DNA from: Candidatus Omnitrophota bacterium
GTDB taxonomy: Bacteria; Omnitrophota; Gorgyraeia; Aquiviventales; Aquiviventaceae
DNA length: 64,000 bases
Assembly (NCBI GenBank): GCA_023247255.1
Contig: JAHFGV010000004.1
Coordinates: 20,023-84,022, forward strand
Direction: 5' to 3'
Shown here: piece by piece, positions 60,601 through 64,000 of the stretch
Layout of the letters: each line of letters opens with the position of its first letter
How positions within the stretch are numbered: position 1 is the stretch's first letter
Position numbers and translations under genes: made by a program
Notes under the pieces: generated by a model
Told to the model about the DNA's origin: nothing
The model's input: the letters and a program-made list of their open reading frames with translations, nothing else
The model's database searches: none

Positions 60601-61077
60601 ATCCTCTTCACGAAGAATCTTCAGAAGGGTCTTTTCATCTTTAGCGGCGCGTAGACCTTCCCGAAAGTGCCGATCCTTAAGTAACCGAGAAATCCGAGCC
60701 AGTGCTTTCAGATGGGGACCCGCGGAATCCACTGGGGCAACGAGGAGGAAAATCAAATGAACCGTCTCCCCGTCAAGGGCGTTGAAATCCAGTCCCGATC
60801 GAGACACCCCAAACGCAGAGATCAATTCAGCTACGCAATCGGATTTTCCATGAGGAATCGCAACCCCTTGCCCAATTCCGGTAGATCCTAATGCTTCCCG
60901 CTCCATAAGCACTTGAATGAGCCGTTCCACATCTTTAGACTTGATCGCTCCCGCTTTCACCAACAAGCCAACCAACTCACGAATAGCCTCTTCTTTTGTC
61001 TGAGCCTTGACATCACATGAAATCGCGCGTTCGTTGAGAAACCCCATAATGTTCATAGGTTCACCTAAAATTTTCAC
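60586..61077 (-). CDS. ptsN: PTS EIIA-Ntr (nitrogen regulatory IIA protein)
   Basis: PTS_EIIA_2 fold: ...KEEAIRELVGLLVKAGAI...GIGQGVAIPHGKSD... (active-site His). Confidence 0.8.
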   Translation of the reverse strand: MKILGEPMNIMGFLNERAISCDVKAQTKEEAIRELVGLLVKAGAIKSKDVERLIQVLMEREALGSTGIGQGVAIPHGKSDCVAELISAFGVSRSGLDFNALDGETVHLIFLLVAPVDSAGPHLKALARISRLLKDRHFREGLRAAKDEKTLLKILREEDERRH

Positions 61078-61334
61078 CGCTTCTTATTCTATAAAGAATA
61101 AGGAGCGGCCCCCTTTCCCGCTATACTCCGTGGCAAGTCCACCGTACATGGAAATCTAATTAGTCTTGTCTAATCTCCAATGTTCTGTGAATTTTACGAA
61201 TGACTATTCACCCGCCGCCTTCTCCGCCAAAGGCGGATCCCCTCCGGTGAAAAATCCCATCACCCTCCTTGCCCTATCGTCACCCCTCTATACTTCGCAA
61301 CGCCTCAGTATCCTTCAGCTCCAGATCAATCGAG

Positions 61335-61510
61335 AGCGGGTGATGGGATTTGGCGCTCTCCATCCTTCGCTTACGCTCGGAACTCCCAGTCGGCCACCCG
61401 TCTCGCCTAAGGAATCATGAAATTACCTGGGAATTTTCGATTGTCGATTTTGGATTTTCGATTGGAAGACGGCCGTTCAATCGAAAATCGACAATCGTCA
61501 ATCGACAATT
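61335..61510. repeat. repeat block downstream of tRNA-Gly: an 18-nt copy of the tRNA-Gly 3' end, a conserved ~65-nt segment, and a family-B palindrome
   Basis: agcgggtgatgggatttg (61335-61352) is identical to the 3' 18 nt of tRNA-Gly. It is followed by gcgctctccatccttcgcttacgctcggaactcccagtcggccacccgtctcgcctaaggaatcatg and gggaattttcgattgtcgattttggattttcgattggaagacggccgttcaatcgaaaatcgacaatcgtcaatcgacaat. Confidence 0.7.
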
Positions 61511-61577
61511 TCCTCGGCTCTCTTGATTGACCGAAGGCTCGGCTCCCTTCAAATCCCATCACAAGAGTCTAAAACCC

Positions 61578-61649
61578 AGCGGGTGATGGGATTTGAACCC
61601 ACGACTTTCACGTTGGCAACGTGACGCTCTACCACTGAGCTACACCCGC
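61578..61649 (-). tRNA. tRNA-Gly (anticodon GCC)
   Basis: The minus strand reads GCGGGTG TA GCTC AGTGGTA GAGC G TCACG TTGCCAA CGTGA AAGTC GTGGG TTCAAAT CCCAT CACCCGC T. It folds as a cloverleaf with a 7-bp acceptor stem, and the anticodon loop carries GCC. Confidence 0.85.
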
Positions 61650-61700
61650 ATCAAGAACCGTAACGAGTAACACGTTACAAGAAACAAGTCACTGTCTGCG

Positions 61701-61850
61701 TGGGCGAGAGAGGAGTTGGCGCCTTCCGCTCGTCACTGCGCTCCTCGCTTCAGGTCGGCCACCCGCCGCTCCTAAGGAATGTCAATCCTCCTATCCGTCG
61801 GATCGACGTTATTCGAAGTCGCGGCTCCTTTCAACTCCTCTCCTTTACGA
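61701..61850. repeat. repeat block downstream of tRNA-Leu: an 18-nt copy of the tRNA-Leu 3' end plus a conserved ~65-nt segment
   Basis: tgggcgagagaggagttg (61701-61718) is identical to the 3' 18 nt of tRNA-Leu. It is followed by gcgccttccgctcgtcactgcgctcctcgcttcaggtcggccacccgccgctcctaaggaat, homologous to the segment after the tRNA-Gly copy. Confidence 0.7.
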
Positions 61851-61853
61851 AAC

Positions 61854-61935
61854 TGGGCGAGAGAGGAGTTGAACCTCCACCCCTTTCGGGACAGGCTCCT
61901 AAGGCCTGCGCGTCTGCCAGTTCCGCCACTCGCCC
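61854..61935 (-). tRNA. tRNA-Leu (anticodon TAG)
   Basis: The minus strand reads GGGCGAG TG GCGG AACTGGCAGA CGCG CAGGC CTTAGGA GCCTG TCCCGAAAGGGGT GGAGG TTCAACT CCTCT CTCGCCC A. It has a long variable arm, U33, G37, anticodon UAG and discriminator A73. Confidence 0.8.
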
Positions 61936-62024
61936 GAATCTTCTTGAAGTACTTCATAACCGGCAGGACGCGCCTGCCTGTTTTTCCACTCGTCCTTCTC
62001 CAACGGCACGCGGCAAGAAATTTC

Positions 62025-62345
62025 GTGGAGCCCCACAGGATGAGCCTGTGGCACAGGCACTCCCACACCTTGGGATTTTCGATTGTCGATTTTGGATTGT
62101 CGATTGGAAGACGGTTGTTCAATCAAAAATCGACGATCGTCAATCGACAATTTCCTCGGCTCTCTTGATTGAAAGCTCATCTTCCTTCGATCTCCTTAGG
62201 ACGTTCAAAGAAACTGCCTTGGGATTTTCGATTGTCGATTTTGGATTTTCGATTGGAAGACGGCCGTTCAATCAAAAATCGACAATCGTCAATTGACAAT
62301 ATCGTGATGCAACCGTCGAGGGTTGGGGGCGCAATGGCGGGATTG
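62025..62345. repeat. family-A 5' fragment, two family-B palindromes, and a family-A 3' fragment
   Basis: ccccacaggatgagcctgtggcac (62025), then ttttcgattgtcgattttggattgtcgattggaagacggttgttcaatcaaaaatcgacgatcgtcaatcgacaat (62070-62150) and a second copy (62225-62300), then gggggcgcaatggcgggattgc (62315-62340). Confidence 0.7.
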
Positions 62346-62483
62346 CTTAGCCTGTGCCATCCGCATTCTGACTATCTTCTCGGAAACTCTATCATTTATC
62401 TGGCATCCGTAAGTTTGAACAAAGATGGTCTTGCTCATCCGCAGTCACATCTCAGAAAAATAAGAACCGTCCCCTATTTTCCG

Positions 62484-63206
62484 TCAACGCGCCCGCTCAA
62501 TGAAGATGTGGGTGGCACGCTCACCGTTCACCGTCCTGGACGGCGCATACCCCAGCTCGTGCCAGTTGATCCCGCTGAACAGATGCTCCCCTGCTCCCAT
62601 GAACACGGGCGAGAGCGCAAGATGCAGTTCATCGATGTGGCCGGCGGTGAGATACTGGCGCACGGTGGCGACACCTCCGCCAATCCGCACATCCTTTCCC
62701 TGAGCCGCCTCTCTGGCCTGCCTCAAGGCGGACTCGATGCCATCCGTGACAAAGTAAAATGTGGTCCCGCCGCTCATGGCCAGCGGAGCGCGTGCGTGGT
62801 GCGTCAGGACGAAGATCGGCACATGGTAAGGAGGCGTGTCGCCCCACCATCCTTTCCACGAGTTGTCCTTCCACGGACCGCGGACCGGGCCGAACATGTT
62901 CCGCCCAAGGATCCACGCCCCGACGTGCTCGAATGATTGCCGGGCCATGTCGTTGTCGATGCCGGTCGCCCCGCCGCTTTGGCCATACATGGTCTTGAAA
63001 ACTTCGGTCTCGAATAACCATTGAACCAGCTCCGGTCCCCGAACGCCGAGCGGATGATTGCGATCCTGCCGGGGTCCGGCGCCGTAGCCATCGAGCGAGA
63101 CGGAGAACGCCGCGACTCTCACCTTCCCCGTGGCCATCAGTCCAGAATCTCTGGCTCGACGAGTTTCGCAAGCAGGATCAGCGATTCCTGCCAGCCGAGA
63201 TAACAC
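62484..63206 (-). CDS. dihydrofolate reductase-family protein (RibD C-terminal domain-like)
   Basis: MATGKVRVAAFSVSLDGYGAGP...WILGRNMF...PIFVLTHH...RIGGGVATVRQYLTAGHIDELHLALSPVFMGAGEHLF. The likely start is ~63137. Confidence 0.65.
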   Translation of the reverse strand: MLSRLAGIADPACETRRARDSGLMATGKVRVAAFSVSLDGYGAGPRQDRNHPLGVRGPELVQWLFETEVFKTMYGQSGGATGIDNDMARQSFEHVGAWILGRNMFGPVRGPWKDNSWKGWWGDTPPYHVPIFVLTHHARAPLAMSGGTTFYFVTDGIESALRQAREAAQGKDVRIGGGVATVRQYLTAGHIDELHLALSPVFMGAGEHLFSGINWHELGYAPSRTVNGERATHIFIERAR

Positions 63207-63583
63207 CCCTCGGGAGGAATGGCAGCGGGCACCTCTTCCTGCACGATGCTCACTTCAGTGCCGCACGACACTTTTTTCAGGGTGACGGTTGTCTGCATTT
63301 CGCCCGGCAGGTTTGGGTCGTCGAATATGTCCGTGTGGCGGATGCGTTCGTGCGGCACCAACTCCAGATACTTCCCGCCAAAGGAGTGGGTCTTGCCGGT
63401 GGTGAAGTTCGTGAACGACATCTTGTACGTGCCGCCAATTTTCGCCTCCAACTGGTGCACCTTGCCGGTGAATCCGTGCGGCGGTGACCATTTGGCCATC
63501 GCGTCGGCGTCGAGGAACGCCCGATAGATTTTTTCCGGCGCTGCGCGAAGCACACGGTGAAGTCGAATGGTGCTGGTTGACAT
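63137..63583 (-). CDS. SRPBCC-superfamily protein (AHSA1/Aha1-like START fold)
   Basis: IRLHRVLRAAPEKIYRAFLDADAMAKWSPPHGFTGKVHQLEAKIGGTYKMSF... is typical of the AHSA1-domain family. Confidence 0.6.
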   Translation of the reverse strand: MSTSTIRLHRVLRAAPEKIYRAFLDADAMAKWSPPHGFTGKVHQLEAKIGGTYKMSFTNFTTGKTHSFGGKYLELVPHERIRHTDIFDDPNLPGEMQTTVTLKKVSCGTEVSIVQEEVPAAIPPEGCYLGWQESLILLAKLVEPEILD

Positions 63584-63602
63584 CCGTTATCTCCTTTCCA
63601 AC

Positions 63603-63965
63603 TCAAGAATCCCGCTGTTTCACTTCGACCAGGTACGTCGTCAGTTGCTTGATTTTCCCACGTTCCATAGTAAATACATCGCAGAAGATGGCGTTGAGCA
63701 CACCGCAGGCCTTCCGCTGTGCCCGAACCGCGCCCTCTGCGACAACAATATCATGCTCCTCGGTCATCCGGCTCACGGTGATGGCCGGGCGGCCGACAAA
63801 CGCAGGATTCTCAATTTCTTTGTCGAACGCATCCCGTCCTACCAGACGAAACATCCCCGCCATCTCCCACTCCACATCCTCGGTGAGACACGAAAGAATC
63901 TGGGCGTGGTCGGACTTCCTGAAGCCATCCATGTATCGTCCAACTGTCCTTTTGTTCTCGGTCAT
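63603..63965 (-). CDS. NTF2-like / SnoaL-like small protein
   Basis: MTENKRTVGRYMDGFRKSDHAQILSCLTEDVEWEMAG... is typical of nuclear-transport-factor-2-fold (ketosteroid isomerase-like) proteins. Confidence 0.5.
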   Translation of the reverse strand: MTENKRTVGRYMDGFRKSDHAQILSCLTEDVEWEMAGMFRLVGRDAFDKEIENPAFVGRPAITVSRMTEEHDIVVAEGAVRAQRKACGVLNAIFCDVFTMERGKIKQLTTYLVEVKQRDS

Positions 63966-64000
63966 CGGTCATCCCATGTCCTGGTACGACTGGTTACGCC

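Noticed and set aside
61700-62296. 198-aa plus-strand ORF spanning the tRNA-Leu region
   Set aside because: It starts on a GTG inside the duplicated tRNA 3' end, runs antisense through tRNA-Leu and is built from family-A/B repeats. It is a repeat artefact.

Overview
This 64-kb window is bacterial, about 55% GC, and densely coding. The taxon is not assignable by eye. Gene content and long coiled-coil proteins would fit a Nitrospirae- or delta-proteobacteria-like organism, but that is a guess.

Gene layout, almost all on the minus strand:
- 1-1.8 kb: a partial F-type ATP synthase cluster (epsilon-like, c, b/delta fusion, alpha 5' part).
- 3.1-21.0 kb: one 17.9-kb ORF encoding a ~5,960-aa surface protein made of ~50 tandem ~85-90-aa Ig-like repeats.
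- 21.0-28.0 kb: a small lipoprotein, a degenerate Y1/HUH (RAYT/IS200-like) transposase domain fused to a membrane and periplasmic domain, and three coiled-coil envelope proteins.
- 28.0-40.5 kb: a complete type IV filament cluster (T4P/T2SS hybrid): secretin, PilP-like proteins, a GspA-like AAA ATPase, PilO, a PilM-PilN fusion, minor pilins, a GspK-like pilin, a major pilin, PilC and PilB.
- 40.5-45.1 kb: a response regulator and two histidine kinases with degenerate GGDEF-like tails.
- 45.6-53.3 kb: housekeeping genes (yajQ, a yfcH-like epimerase, a DUF255 thioredoxin-domain protein, comF, lptF, lptG).
- 53.4-61.1 kb: ahcY, metK, a nucleotidyltransferase, ptsI, ptsH, yvcK, ptsN.
- 61.5-62.0 kb: tRNA-Gly(GCC) and tRNA-Leu(TAG).
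- 62.5-64.0 kb: three small enzyme-fold genes.

The accessory signal lies in three families of small palindromic repeats:
- Family A: a ~130-bp element of three hairpins. In three coiled-coil protein genes it sits in frame and encodes the peptide PRPKAxxDTxVQxRLGGRDVAxxGADLPxPQAHPVGL.
- Family B: an ~80-bp 'aatcgacaatcg' palindrome that occurs in arrays.
- Family C: a ~160-220-bp MITE-like element with TTAACAGGATGCTGAAAAA termini. Two copies overlap the stop codons of yvcK and ptsN.

Both tRNA genes are followed by an 18-nt direct duplicate of their own 3' end, which looks like an att-site remnant. No CRISPR array or intact transposase is present.

Coordinates for features I derived by hand may be off by 1 nt.
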